From an uncultured Bdellovibrionales bacterium (GTDB taxonomy: Bacteria; Patescibacteriota; Minisyncoccia; Moranbacterales; UBA1568): a stretch of 29,953 nucleotides of DNA. The notes under the pieces are model-generated. The model was not told where the DNA came from, ran no database searches, and saw only the letters and a program-made list of their open reading frames with translations. Shown one piece after another: positions 17,441 through 27,118 of this stretch (the first letter of the stretch is position 1; each line of letters starts with the position of its first letter). The translations under genes and the position numbers were made by a program. The DNA is taken from contig CAZHDL010000001.1 of assembly GCA_964531045.1 (NCBI GenBank), forward strand, positions 3,828 through 33,780. Direction: 5' to 3'.

Positions 17441-17535
17441 GAATTTTCAATTTTCAAAAAATGTATTAATTTCTCAATTTTGAAATTGTAACATTTGAAA
17501 TTGTTTTGAAATTAGAAATTGATACTTCGAAATTT
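17441..17535. repeat. AT-rich 7-nt-periodic imperfect inverted repeat
   Basis: AATTTTCAATTTTCAA...AATTTCTCAATTT on the left; TTGAAATTG/TTAGAAATTG units on the right. Confidence 0.7.
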
Positions 17536-17539
17536 ATTT

Positions 17540-18211
17540 ATGCGCTCCACTATTCCCGACTATCTCCCGCTTGATCGGCCGCTTATCATTTTTGACCTGG
17601 AAACGACCGGACTATCGACCGGTGAAGACAAAATTGTCGAGTTGGCCTATGAGAAAATCATGCCGAGTGGCGAGGTGATAGCCTACTGTGAGCGTATTGA
17701 TCCTGGGATGCCGATGCCTGAGGATGCGAGCCGTATCAATGGTATTTACGACAAGGATCTGGTGGGATGTCCCAGCTTTGCCAAGTTGTCCTACGAATTG
17801 TGGAATATGTTTGAAGGTTCGGATGTCGGAGGATTCAATATCACTGGTTTTGACCTACCCTTCCTTCGTGGTGAGTTTTCGAGTGTTGGGAAAAATTTTG
17901 ATTTTACCAAGAAGCGTGTGCTTGATGCGAAGATCTTGTATCATAAAATGGAGGCTCGCAACATGTTTGCTGCTCGCAATCTGTCCGCTGCCTACAAATT
18001 GTACTGTGGAAAGGAACACAATACCGCTCATACCGGAGCGGGGGATGTTCGAGTGACAGTTGAGGTACTGGAAAAGCAGTTGGAGCGCTATCCGGAATTT
18101 CGGAATTGGGAGTACTTGGCAGAGCTGCACGGGAATAAGAAACTTTTGGAATCAGCGAAGACGGAACACAATCCGATGCCGGCAGCGAAGCCGATGGGAA
18201 CGTTGTTTTAG
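17540..18211 (+). CDS. DEDDh 3'-5' exonuclease (DnaQ/epsilon-like)
   Basis: ExoI FDLETTG, ExoII GFNITGFDLPFL, ExoIII AHTGAGDV; ATG 17540 preferred. Confidence 0.9.
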   Translation: MRSTIPDYLPLDRPLIIFDLETTGLSTGEDKIVELAYEKIMPSGEVIAYCERIDPGMPMPEDASRINGIYDKDLVGCPSFAKLSYELWNMFEGSDVGGFNITGFDLPFLRGEFSSVGKNFDFTKKRVLDAKILYHKMEARNMFAARNLSAAYKLYCGKEHNTAHTGAGDVRVTVEVLEKQLERYPEFRNWEYLAELHGNKKLLESAKTEHNPMPAAKPMGTLF

Positions 18212-18246
18212 AAGGCATCGTCTCGTATCAAGGAACAAACAAACAT

Positions 18247-18741
18247 ATGGACGCGATTATTCTTTTTGGAGCTGAGTATCTGTATCTGGCGATTGTGATT
18301 TTGGCACTGGCCTATCTGGTTGTTGTGCCGAAGAAACAGTCTTCAGAGGTGCTGGTAGCTGCTTTGTTCACCCTGCCACTGACCTACTTGGTGGCCAAGG
18401 GTATGAGTGCACTCTATTATGATCCGCGCCCCTTTGTGGTAGGAGGCTTTGCCCCGCTGTTGCCACATGCTCCAGATAACGGCTTTCCTTCAGATCACAC
18501 GCTGCTTTCGGCGGCTATCGCCATGGTCATCTTTTCTTTTGAGCGTCGCTTGGGAGTATTGTTGATGGGCATAGCTTTTACGGTGGGGGTGGCCCGTGTA
18601 TTGGCCGGCGTCCATCACCTGACTGACATAGTGGGAAGTATGGTGATCGCTTCTCTTCTTACGTATGTGGTTGCGCGGTTTTTGCTTCCACGGGTGTGGC
18701 AGCACATGCCTCGTGCGCTCTATAAATTTTTTGTACACTGA
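18247..18741 (+). CDS. PAP2 family membrane phosphatase (undecaprenyl-diphosphatase-like)
   Basis: K...PRPF, FPSDHT, ARVLAGVHHLTD motifs; four TM segments. Confidence 0.9.
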   Translation: MDAIILFGAEYLYLAIVILALAYLVVVPKKQSSEVLVAALFTLPLTYLVAKGMSALYYDPRPFVVGGFAPLLPHAPDNGFPSDHTLLSAAIAMVIFSFERRLGVLLMGIAFTVGVARVLAGVHHLTDIVGSMVIASLLTYVVARFLLPRVWQHMPRALYKFFVH

Positions 18742-18744
18742 TTC

Positions 18745-19590
18745 ATGGCACTCCTCTCTGGAACATTGATAGCGGAACGCATACTGACCGAAACAGGGGA
18801 TCGTATTCGTCAATCCTCGGTGACGCCGGGACTGGCGGTGATTTTGGTCGGAGACGAACTCGAATCACAGAAGTATGTCGGTCTCAAGGAAGCGCGCGCT
18901 CTGGAGGTGGGTGTTGCTTTTGAAAAATTTCTTTTTTCGACGGACGCAGCGCCAGAAGAAGTGATGCATTGTATCGAAACCTTGAATACACGAGCGGATA
19001 TTCATGGCATCATCGTGCAGCTACCCTTACCACAGGGTTTTCCGACGGATGACATCATTGCCCATATCAATCCCAAGAAGGACGTGGATGGATTTCATGA
19101 AAAAACACTGGAGCGCTTCTTGGGTGGTGACAAAACTGCCTGTCCGGTATTTCCTCGTGCCATCGTGGAACTTTTGAGAGCAACAGGACTGTCGTTTCAT
19201 GGGGAGAAAGCAGTCGTGGTCGTCAATTCAAATATTATCGGGCGTGTACTTTGTTTCGCGCTTTCTCTCGAAGGACTGAGTGCTGAATATGTGCTGAGTG
19301 CGGAGGGTCGGGATAGTATACAGGCTGAAACGAAGACGGCTCGGGTCGTGGTGACGGCTTGTGGTATCCCGGATTTGTTGACAGCGGATATGTTGTCGGC
19401 GGATGCAGTCATCATTGATGGGGGTAACGTTCATGTGGATGGCAAAGTGCAGGGTGATGTGAAACGTGATGAAGTGGAGGAGAAAGTAGCCTTTTTGTCG
19501 CCAGTACCAGGGGGAGTGGGCCCGGTGACGGTGGCGACGCTCCTCGCCCGGGTCACGGACGCCGCGTTGGCAATTTCTGGAGTTATATAA
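18745..19590 (+). CDS. folD: Methylenetetrahydrofolate dehydrogenase/cyclohydrolase (divergent dehydrogenase motifs)
   Basis: PGLAVILVG, YVGLK, GIIVQLPLP, KDVDGFH, SPVPGGVGP. Confidence 0.92.
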   Translation: MALLSGTLIAERILTETGDRIRQSSVTPGLAVILVGDELESQKYVGLKEARALEVGVAFEKFLFSTDAAPEEVMHCIETLNTRADIHGIIVQLPLPQGFPTDDIIAHINPKKDVDGFHEKTLERFLGGDKTACPVFPRAIVELLRATGLSFHGEKAVVVVNSNIIGRVLCFALSLEGLSAEYVLSAEGRDSIQAETKTARVVVTACGIPDLLTADMLSADAVIIDGGNVHVDGKVQGDVKRDEVEEKVAFLSPVPGGVGPVTVATLLARVTDAALAISGVI

Positions 19591-19610
19591 TGGAAGAAAA
19601 TGAAATAATA

Positions 19611-19650
19611 CATTTAGCATATATCCACGACCGTGGATATATGCTAAATG
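19611..19650. repeat. Perfect 19-bp inverted repeat with 2-nt spacer
   Basis: CATTTAGCATATATCCACG-ac-CGTGGATATATGCTAAATG, between convergent folD and tRNA-Leu. Confidence 0.95.
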
Positions 19651-19687
19651 GTAAGCAAAAAACAGCTGATTAAAGCTGTTTTATGTG

Positions 19688-19770
19688 TGCCGAGGGAGGG
19701 ACTTGAACCCTCATGATATTGCTATCGCGGGATTTTGAGTCCCGTGTGTCTACCATTCCACCACCTCGGC
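19688..19770 (-). tRNA. tRNA-Leu(CAA)
   Basis: Minus strand GCCGAGGTGGTGGAATGGTAGACAC-ACGGGA-CTCAAAA-TCCCGC...GAGGG-TTCAAGT-CCCTC-CCTCGGC-A; long variable arm; CCA not encoded. Confidence 0.95.
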
Positions 19771-19814
19771 ATTTTCCTTTGAATAAGCCAAAGCCAAAAA
19801 AAGGGCACAGAAGC

Positions 19815-19854
19815 AGGATAGAAAATTGATAATCATTTGTCAATGGACTATAAT
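19815..19854. promoter_or_regulatory. Overlapping divergent promoters (tRNA-Leu and parAB)
   Basis: Plus: TTGATA (19826-31), 17 bp, TATAAT (19849-54). Minus: TTGACA (19843-38), 17 bp, TATCCT (19820-15). Confidence 0.7.
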
Positions 19855-19959
19855 AGAGGAGCTTCTTAGGAAGTATCTTTTTAGCTTATTAGAAAATAAA
19901 AATCTGGTGCGGCTTGTCTTTGTGCTACAAGCTAATACGCTACCAGCTACCAGCTGTGT

Positions 19960-20751
19960 ATGGCCAAAGTTATCGGATTCGTCAATCAGAAAGGCGGAGT
20001 GGGAAAAACCACTTCGACGATTAATGTTGCCACGTATTTGGCGCAGGCTGGCAAGAAAGTGCTCTTGGTTGATCTTGATCCGCAGGGGAATGCCTCCTCG
20101 GGTCTTGGTATTGATGCCAGGCGTCTGGAAAAAAACCTCTACCATGCCATGATTCTCGGATTGCCAACGCAGGAAATCGTCCTTCGAACAGAGACAGAGG
20201 GGCTTCATATTGTACCGGCAGCACAAGATTTGGCTGGGGCGGAGATAGAAATGGTTCATATTGAAAATCGCGAATTTCGACTCCATACAGCACTACGTCA
20301 GGTACGACCATACTACGACTATATTTTGATTGATAGTCCGCCATCTCTCGGGCTACTCACTATCAATGGTCTCGTCGCCTCAGATGAAGTGATTATTCCG
20401 GTGCAGACGGAATACTATGCGCTCGAGGGACTATCGCAGCTCTTGGGCACTATCGAGCTGGTGCGTGAGCATCTGCAACCAAATTTGAAAATTGGTGGAG
20501 CACTCCTCACGCTGTATGATCGGCGCAACCGCTTGGCACGGCAGGTCGTGTCAGAGGTGCGGTCACACTTTCCTGGGCCGGTATTTGAAAATGTCATCCC
20601 TCGTTCGGTGCGTTTGGCGGAAGCCCCTTCTTTTGGAAAGTCTATTTTGGACTTCGATGCTTTTTCCAAAGGAGCCCGGGCGTATCGGGGCGTCGTGAAA
20701 GAGTTGATCGCTCGTGAGGAAGAAGAAAAGAAAAAACCAAAAGTACTTTGA
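19960..20751 (+). CDS. parA: ParA/Soj chromosome partitioning ATPase
   Basis: NQKGGVGKTT, DLDPQGNA, DSPPSLG, PVQTEYYALEG, PRSVRLAEAPSFG. Confidence 0.97.
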   Translation: MAKVIGFVNQKGGVGKTTSTINVATYLAQAGKKVLLVDLDPQGNASSGLGIDARRLEKNLYHAMILGLPTQEIVLRTETEGLHIVPAAQDLAGAEIEMVHIENREFRLHTALRQVRPYYDYILIDSPPSLGLLTINGLVASDEVIIPVQTEYYALEGLSQLLGTIELVREHLQPNLKIGGALLTLYDRRNRLARQVVSEVRSHFPGPVFENVIPRSVRLAEAPSFGKSILDFDAFSKGARAYRGVVKELIAREEEEKKKPKVL

Positions 20752-20872
20752 AATAATTTCCAATTTACAAATCCCAATTTACAATAAATTTAACAATGAC
20801 TAAATTTTCAATTGTGAAACTGAAACATTGGAATATTGATTGAAAATTGAAAACTGATAATTGAAAATTACA
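20752..20872. repeat. AT-rich 7-nt-periodic imperfect inverted repeat (parA-parB spacer)
   Basis: CAATTTA/AATTTTC units on the left; ATTGAAA units on the right. Confidence 0.75.
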
Positions 20873-20877
20873 AACAT

Positions 20878-21834
20878 ATGGCTTCACAGCAATACGGATT
20901 AGGTCGGGGGCTAGCATCGCTCATCCCGCCCAAAAAGATGGCGCAGAACGTTCCGGAAGGAGCCCATGCTTCCCCGTCTCCGTTTGTCATCAATCCAGTG
21001 TCGCAACCAGCACATGAGCCTATGGCTGCTCCGGCAGTTGCTCCGTCTGCTCCCGCTCTTTCTTCTGGGCTGGCGGAGATTGCGGTTGGTAGTATTGTAC
21101 CCAACCCACACCAGCCACGACTGCATTTTGATGAAGCGAAACTTACGGAATTGGCGAATTCAATCAAAGAACACGGTATTTTGCAGCCGCTCGTTGTGAG
21201 CAAAAACGGTGATCAGTACGAGCTTATTGCCGGAGAACGTCGTTTTCAGGCAGCCAAGCGCATTGGTCTTGCGACTGTTCCGGTGATCATTCGCGATGTG
21301 ACAGAACAAGAGAAATTGGAATTGGCTATTATCGAAAATGTGCAGCGGCACAACTTGAATCCAATTGAAGAAGCCAAGGCGTATTTGCGTCTGGTAGATG
21401 AGTTTGGTCTTTCTCAGGAAGGCGTAGCGGAAAAAATGGGGAAGAGTCGCAGTGTGGTAGCCAATACGCTACGTCTCCTCAATCTGCCTATAGAGATTCA
21501 GCGTGCCGTAGCCGAAAACAAAATAAGCGAAGGACATGCTAAAGCGCTACTTTCTATTGAAAATCCGGAGAAGCAACGAGCGGTCTTTGACCTTATTATC
21601 AAGGAGGAATTGACCGTGCGAGAAACGGAACAGAAGGTACGGAGTATCTCGGTCAAGCCATACGTGCGGAGTGCTGTCGCGCTCAATCCGGAAATTTTGG
21701 AACGCACCGAGCATCTGACGCAGATTCTGGGCACCAAGGTGAAAATCGCTCCATCTGGTAAAGGCGGCAAGGTACTCATCGAATACTATTCCCCAGAAGA
21801 TTTGGATGGACTATTGAAGAGACTCGAGGAGTAA
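20878..21834 (+). CDS. parB: ParB/Spo0J partitioning protein
   Basis: GLGRGL, PNPHQPR, GILQPL, IAGERRFQA, ENVQRHNLNPIEEA, HTH region, SEGHAKALL. Confidence 0.97.
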   Translation: MASQQYGLGRGLASLIPPKKMAQNVPEGAHASPSPFVINPVSQPAHEPMAAPAVAPSAPALSSGLAEIAVGSIVPNPHQPRLHFDEAKLTELANSIKEHGILQPLVVSKNGDQYELIAGERRFQAAKRIGLATVPVIIRDVTEQEKLELAIIENVQRHNLNPIEEAKAYLRLVDEFGLSQEGVAEKMGKSRSVVANTLRLLNLPIEIQRAVAENKISEGHAKALLSIENPEKQRAVFDLIIKEELTVRETEQKVRSISVKPYVRSAVALNPEILERTEHLTQILGTKVKIAPSGKGGKVLIEYYSPEDLDGLLKRLEE

Positions 21835-21881
21835 CTCTCGAATTTTCAATTTTCAAACACCAATTTTCATTGAATGTTTCA

Positions 21882-22247
21882 ATGATACAATCCAACAAAC
21901 AAAAAGAATACGATCTTGAGGAGAGAACAGCGAAGTTCGGTGAGTCAATTGTTTCTTTTTGTAAGGATGTGAAGCGTGATACCGTTGCGGCACCGCTCAT
22001 CAATCAACTCATTCGTTCTGGTACCAGTGTCGGCGCTAACTACTGCGAAGCAAATAATGCGTCTTCAAAAAAGGATTTCCGAAACAAGATATTTATTTCC
22101 AAAAAAGAGGCCCAGGAGACCAAATACTGGCTTCGAATGATGGCTCAAGCGGTACCGGATAAAAAAGACAAACTAAAGGTTTTATGGAAAGAATGTCAGG
22201 AACTCACGATGATTTTTCAGAAAATTTGTTCTTCATTGGATAAATGA
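21882..22247 (+). CDS. Four-helix-bundle protein (23S rRNA intervening-sequence protein / Avd-like family)
   Basis: DLEERTAKF, QLIRSGTSVGANYCEA, SKKDFRNKIFISKKEAQETKYWL; flanked by 7-mer arms at 21836-21880 and 22245-22340. Confidence 0.9.
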   Translation: MIQSNKQKEYDLEERTAKFGESIVSFCKDVKRDTVAAPLINQLIRSGTSVGANYCEANNASSKKDFRNKIFISKKEAQETKYWLRMMAQAVPDKKDKLKVLWKECQELTMIFQKICSSLDK

Positions 22248-22345
22248 AAATTGAAATATTGGAAATTTATTGTAAATTGTAAATTGATGCTTGGAAATGG
22301 AGTTGTGTTTTTAAGCAAAGATTAGAAATTGAAAATTGTTTTATC

Positions 22346-25300
22346 ATGTCTTACGAAGTAACCAAGTCTCGGATCTTTCAATGGATAGGCATTATCCTCA
22401 TCATAGGGGTGTTTGCTGGTGCGTACTGGTACTTTCAGGTGTTTGCCGGGTATAAGACCAACGTCTCATCGACGGGGTCGCTTACGAGTGGACTGGTGGG
22501 GTATTGGACGTTTGACGGTGCGGATGTCAGTGGTACCACAGCCACTGACCGTTCTGGGAGTGGCGACAATGGCACGCTTGTGAACGGCCCGACGGTAGTT
22601 CAAGGGAAAGTTGGTCAGGCGCTGAATTTTGATGGAGTAGATGATAAGGTCACTACGGGTTCTATTATTACCAATGATATTTTCACCTATTCAGCTTGGA
22701 TTAAATGGGCTACGGGAGGGTTAACAATTATAGGGAGTTCAGCTGATTCTGCAATACAATTCCGGGTAAATTTGATGAAAATTGAATTGCTCAACTCTGG
22801 CGCTTTAAGTGTTGGCACTTCAACCGGAACAATAACTGCCGGGGTGTGGACACACGTAGCAGTAACTAATGATGCTTCCGGCAACTTTACATTTTATATT
22901 AACGGCGTTAATGCTGGGGGGAGCGGAACAAACCTTCTAAACTATGGTAATAATCCGATCACAATAGGTTCACGGAATGGTTCCGCTGAATTTTTCAATG
23001 GTGCTATCGACGAAGTGCGTATCTATAACCGTGCCCTTGCTGCTACCGAAATCCAGTCTCTCTATGCTACGGGGCAGAGTGATGAAGTGAACACGGGGGC
23101 CTCGCAGGCGCAGGGAGGAGGGCGACTGGACAGTGGCCTTGCCGGCTACTGGAAGCTGGATGATGGTGCCGGTACCAGTGCCACGGATAGTAGTACAAAC
23201 GGCAATACCGGAACGCTGACCAATGGTCCCACCTGGACCACGGGACAGATCGGGGGAGCGGTTTCGTATGACGGAATTAATGATTACATTACTACCGGTG
23301 CTACTATTCCTAGCAAGGGCACCGTATCAGTCTGGGTAAATCCGAATTTTTCATTGGATCCATCAGCACTGTATGATATTTTTAATTCTGGGTCAGATGG
23401 AAATTTGTTACGCTTGCGATTAAACACTTTTGCAACGTTCGATACGTTTCAATTAACGGTTCGTGGAAATTTCGGAACATATATCGAAGTTCAAGGTCCA
23501 ACCTACACGAGTGATACTCAGATTCAGGGGTGGCACCATATCGTGGCTACCTGGGATACTGCACTCGGTGCGAATCTCTATGTTGATGGAGCACTCATTG
23601 GATCAAGCAGTACTGCTTCAAATAATTTTACTACGACAACATTGAACATGGGTGGGACTTTGGATTATTGGAAGGGATCTCTCGATGAAGCACGCTTGTA
23701 TGACCGAGTCCTTTCTGCCGATGAAGTCTCTCAGCTCTCTCGTTTGAATACTCCTAGCAGTGTCGATACGGGCCTCAAGGGCTACTGGAGTTTCAACGGG
23801 AAGAGCGTAAGCGGTACGACAGTGTATGACCGGAGTGGTGCTGGCAACACTGGGACGCTCACCAATGGCCCGACCGTCACCCCGGGAAAAATCGGCCAAG
23901 CGTTGAATTTCGATGGCACAAATGATTATGTGAGCGTGGCATCAGCCACTTCCATCCACCCAGCGTTACCATTCTCGTTTTCATTTTGGGTAAAGCCTAC
24001 AACTGTATCAAGTGCTCAGGGAATTTTTGGATCACGCGAAGCGGTTCAGCACGATGGGTACTGGTCGAGTATCGGTTCCGACGGATCGGTAACAATAAAT
24101 TATGGTGATGGTGCGGGTTGTGATCCAGCCGACCGGAGAACAAAAACGAGCCCTGCCTCGACACTTGTTGCGGGGCAGTGGCAACATGTCACTGGTATTA
24201 TCAGTGGCGCTACTGATATGAGTATTTATGTGAATGGTGTTGATGTCGGAGGTACATATTCTGGGACGGGTGGCAGTATTAGCTATGGGTCCTTATCTAT
24301 TCTCAGATTAGGAAGCGTTGGAGGGAGCGGAGGCTGTCCTGCTGCATACTTCAATGGTTCCATGGATGAAGTCCGTTTGTATAATCGTGCCTTGTCGACC
24401 ACTGAAATCCAAGCGCAGTATGCCGCGGCTCAGAGTGATGAAGTAAATACGGGAGCCTCTCAGGCACAGGGAGGAGGACGATTGGACAGTGGCTTGGCTG
24501 GCTACTGGAAGCTTGATGATGGGAGTGGTACCAGCGCTACTGACAGCAGTACCAATGGGAGCGCAGGAACACTCACCAATGGCCCGAACTGGACCACGGG
24601 ACAGATTGGGGGGGCGGTTGATTTGGATGGGACGGATGATTATGTGGATGTTGGTCTTTCTGCTATCAGCTCGCCAAATGCCTTGACACTCTCTGTTTGG
24701 GCGAAGTTTGGTTCAAATAGGGATGCCGTGGGACATCCTCTTTTCGGTAATGTGAATGGACAGAGCGGCTCGGGTGGACAAGCGTTTTATGTTGACAACG
24801 CTGGAACATATAATATTGGTGGTTTTGCCGGGGTTTCCGCACTTTCAACAAATACGATTACTCCATCGCTTGATACCTGGTATCATTTGGTAGATACATT
24901 TGATGGTGTGACGGAAAAAATTTATGTGAACGGGGCATTGATTGCTAGTGGTGCTGGCAGTACGACACAGGCATCAGAAAATAATGTGATGCTTGGGAGA
25001 CATGTTGGTTCATCCGGATCGACCTACCTTGATGGCACAGTAGACGAAGCTCGTGTCTATAAAAGAGCTCTTTCAAGTGATGAAGTCTCGCAGCTCTACC
25101 GACTAGCGACACCCACCGGTACGGATACTGATTTGAAAGGCTACTGGAGTTTTAATGGCAAAGATGTGAGTGGTACCACAGCCTCTGATCGCTCTGGTGC
25201 GGGAAACAATGGTACCTTGACCAATGGTCCGGCGGTTACTCCCGGGAAGATTGGTCAGGCTCTTTTGTTTGATGGAGTTGATGATTACGTCACTATCGGT

Positions 25301-25780
25301 GATCCGGCCAGTCTTCGTTTTGGTGCGGAATCGTTCTCGGTATCGACCTGGTTTAAAACAACCGCAACGAGTTTTGGATATATGCTTGGTGACTACGCGG
25401 TTAACCCTACCATCATTGGTCTGGGAGTGAATAATACTGGACACTCTGGCAAGGCGATGTTTTTTTTGAGGGATACCGCGGTCAGTCAGACTTTGGATAT
25501 TTACTCGACAACCAACGTCAACGATGGTCAGTGGCACCATGCCGTTGGTGTGCGTAATAGCTCAACGAATCGGATGAAACTGTATGTGGATGGTGTCGAA
25601 GAAGCATCCGGGGTCTATTCTGGAGCGGTCTTATTTACGACAAACAACAGCTGGTCCTTCGGTCGGGCTGGATCTCAACCAGTCTCAGGATATTTCTCAG
25701 GAGCAGTTGATGAAACCCGTGTGTATAAACGAGCACTGACACAGGAGGAGATTAGCTCGCTCTATAATGCGGGAAAGTAG
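22346..25780 (+). CDS. Membrane-anchored surface protein with five LamG/concanavalin-A-like jellyroll domains (1144 aa)
   Basis: N-terminal TM; five repeats of GYW..D...GTL.NGP...G..G.A..FDG..DY...W.H......Y.NG...F.G..DE.R.Y.RAL. Confidence 0.9.
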   Translation: MSYEVTKSRIFQWIGIILIIGVFAGAYWYFQVFAGYKTNVSSTGSLTSGLVGYWTFDGADVSGTTATDRSGSGDNGTLVNGPTVVQGKVGQALNFDGVDDKVTTGSIITNDIFTYSAWIKWATGGLTIIGSSADSAIQFRVNLMKIELLNSGALSVGTSTGTITAGVWTHVAVTNDASGNFTFYINGVNAGGSGTNLLNYGNNPITIGSRNGSAEFFNGAIDEVRIYNRALAATEIQSLYATGQSDEVNTGASQAQGGGRLDSGLAGYWKLDDGAGTSATDSSTNGNTGTLTNGPTWTTGQIGGAVSYDGINDYITTGATIPSKGTVSVWVNPNFSLDPSALYDIFNSGSDGNLLRLRLNTFATFDTFQLTVRGNFGTYIEVQGPTYTSDTQIQGWHHIVATWDTALGANLYVDGALIGSSSTASNNFTTTTLNMGGTLDYWKGSLDEARLYDRVLSADEVSQLSRLNTPSSVDTGLKGYWSFNGKSVSGTTVYDRSGAGNTGTLTNGPTVTPGKIGQALNFDGTNDYVSVASATSIHPALPFSFSFWVKPTTVSSAQGIFGSREAVQHDGYWSSIGSDGSVTINYGDGAGCDPADRRTKTSPASTLVAGQWQHVTGIISGATDMSIYVNGVDVGGTYSGTGGSISYGSLSILRLGSVGGSGGCPAAYFNGSMDEVRLYNRALSTTEIQAQYAAAQSDEVNTGASQAQGGGRLDSGLAGYWKLDDGSGTSATDSSTNGSAGTLTNGPNWTTGQIGGAVDLDGTDDYVDVGLSAISSPNALTLSVWAKFGSNRDAVGHPLFGNVNGQSGSGGQAFYVDNAGTYNIGGFAGVSALSTNTITPSLDTWYHLVDTFDGVTEKIYVNGALIASGAGSTTQASENNVMLGRHVGSSGSTYLDGTVDEARVYKRALSSDEVSQLYRLATPTGTDTDLKGYWSFNGKDVSGTTASDRSGAGNNGTLTNGPAVTPGKIGQALLFDGVDDYVTIGDPASLRFGAESFSVSTWFKTTATSFGYMLGDYAVNPTIIGLGVNNTGHSGKAMFFLRDTAVSQTLDIYSTTNVNDGQWHHAVGVRNSSTNRMKLYVDGVEEASGVYSGAVLFTTNNSWSFGRAGSQPVSGYFSGAVDETRVYKRALTQEEISSLYNAGK

Positions 25781-25789
25781 CGGTATCGA

Positions 25790-26893
25790 TTACAAGTATG
25801 ACTGTTGACCGTCTGTTTTGAGTTTCTCAATCAGTGTTTTTATTTCGCCGGACACCTGATCACGACGCGCCACGAGAAGAGCATCGTCGGTATCGATGAT
25901 AACCAGGTCTTCGAGGCCAAGAGTGGCTACAAGACGTTTTTTGCTGTGAATAAAGACGTTTTTACTCCCTACGTCGACGTTATTTCCATGAATAACCGAA
26001 GAGGTGCCTGATTTTTCCGTCAGAAAGTCATAGAGAGTCCCCCAGCTGCCAACATCACTCCACTTGAGAGCGCTTGGAATGACCAGGCGCTGTTCGGGGG
26101 CGAGTTTTTCGATGATGAGAGGTTCAATCGGGTCCTTATCCGCTTTTTGGTAGAGTGTGGCGAGCGTGGTGGTGTCGAGTGACCCCAATCGAGCCGCACC
26201 GGCTACTTCTTCCATCAGTGCATGGAGGGCAGGAGCAAGTGTGCGGGTCCATGTTGAAAAAGCACGAACGGAAAAGATAAAGTAACCGGCGTTCCACAGG
26301 TATTCAAAACTGCGCAGGTAGGTTTCGGCTGTGGCAGCATCCGGCTTTTCTTTGAAAGCGGCGACCTCAAAAATACGCTTCCCGGAGAGTGTTTTTCGTT
26401 CCTGACCCATCTTGATATAGCCGAGCCCCGTATCGGGCTTGGTGGGGTTAATTCCGACGGTTACAAGTGCTTCTGGATACATGGAAACTGCGTCAAAAGC
26501 AGCACGGAGAGTGGCATGGAATTCATCGGGATTTTCGATAGCATGATCTGAAGCAATAGTGGCAATAATGGCGTCAGAATCGAGGATGGAAAGGGTGGTG
26601 GAGACCAGCGCGATGGCTGGCGCCGTATTGCGAGCTTCCGGTTCCAAGATGATGTTTTCTTCCTTTATTTGAGGGATTTTTTCAAGAACCAAGGCATGAT
26701 ATTCGTCTGTGGTGGAGATGAAAATATGACCCTCTGGCACAAGGTTTTTGACCCGATCATACGTCTCCTCAATCATGGTTTTTTCGGAGAGAAAAGACTG
26801 AAATTGTTTGGGTTTCGACTTGCGAGACAGGGGCCACAAACGGGTCCCGGAACCACCGGCCATGATGACGATATAGTGATGAGAATCAGACAT
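25790..26893 (-). CDS. manC: Mannose-1-phosphate guanylyltransferase
   Basis: IMAGGSGTRLWPLSRKSKPKQF, EPEARNTAPAI, SDHAI, TGLGYI, FKEKP, WNAGYF, WSDVGSW; ATG 26893 (MSDSHH) preferred over the longer ORF. Confidence 0.92.
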   Translation of the reverse strand: MSDSHHYIVIMAGGSGTRLWPLSRKSKPKQFQSFLSEKTMIEETYDRVKNLVPEGHIFISTTDEYHALVLEKIPQIKEENIILEPEARNTAPAIALVSTTLSILDSDAIIATIASDHAIENPDEFHATLRAAFDAVSMYPEALVTVGINPTKPDTGLGYIKMGQERKTLSGKRIFEVAAFKEKPDAATAETYLRSFEYLWNAGYFIFSVRAFSTWTRTLAPALHALMEEVAGAARLGSLDTTTLATLYQKADKDPIEPLIIEKLAPEQRLVIPSALKWSDVGSWGTLYDFLTEKSGTSSVIHGNNVDVGSKNVFIHSKKRLVATLGLEDLVIIDTDDALLVARRDQVSGEIKTLIEKLKTDGQQSYL

Positions 26894-27011
26894 AGGATTT
26901 ACTGTTTCACGGATCAATTTTTGAACAAAAAGTGGTGATTTTTTAACTGAAAATATTTCTATCAAGAGACATATCGTACGCTGCAAAAATGAATCTTTTT
27001 CAGATATTTTC

Positions 27012-27040
27012 AGTATAGTTTCTTGCTTAAAAAAGAGCAA
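27012..27040 (-). promoter_or_regulatory. Probable manC promoter
   Basis: Minus strand TTGCTC, 17 bp, TATACT. Confidence 0.5.
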
Positions 27041-27118
27041 TTTTTTTCCGAAAAAATATGGCGGTGGATAACTCATTTTTCCTCATTCCATTCGTGGTGA
27101 ATTTGTGGTATATTAAGA

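Noticed and set aside
21882-25780. Diversity-generating retroelement (Avd-like gene next to a repeat-containing lectin)
   Set aside because: No reverse transcriptase; differences between repeats are synonymous third-position changes, not adenine-specific TR/VR substitutions.
26903-26918. parS site (TGTTTCACG half-site)
   Set aside because: Only one half matches TGTTTCACGTGAAACA; no full palindrome was seen near parAB.
27064-27072. DnaA box / oriC (GGTGGATAA; also TTATCCACC at 1267-1275)
   Set aside because: Isolated one-mismatch boxes, no cluster, and no dnaA/dnaN in the window.
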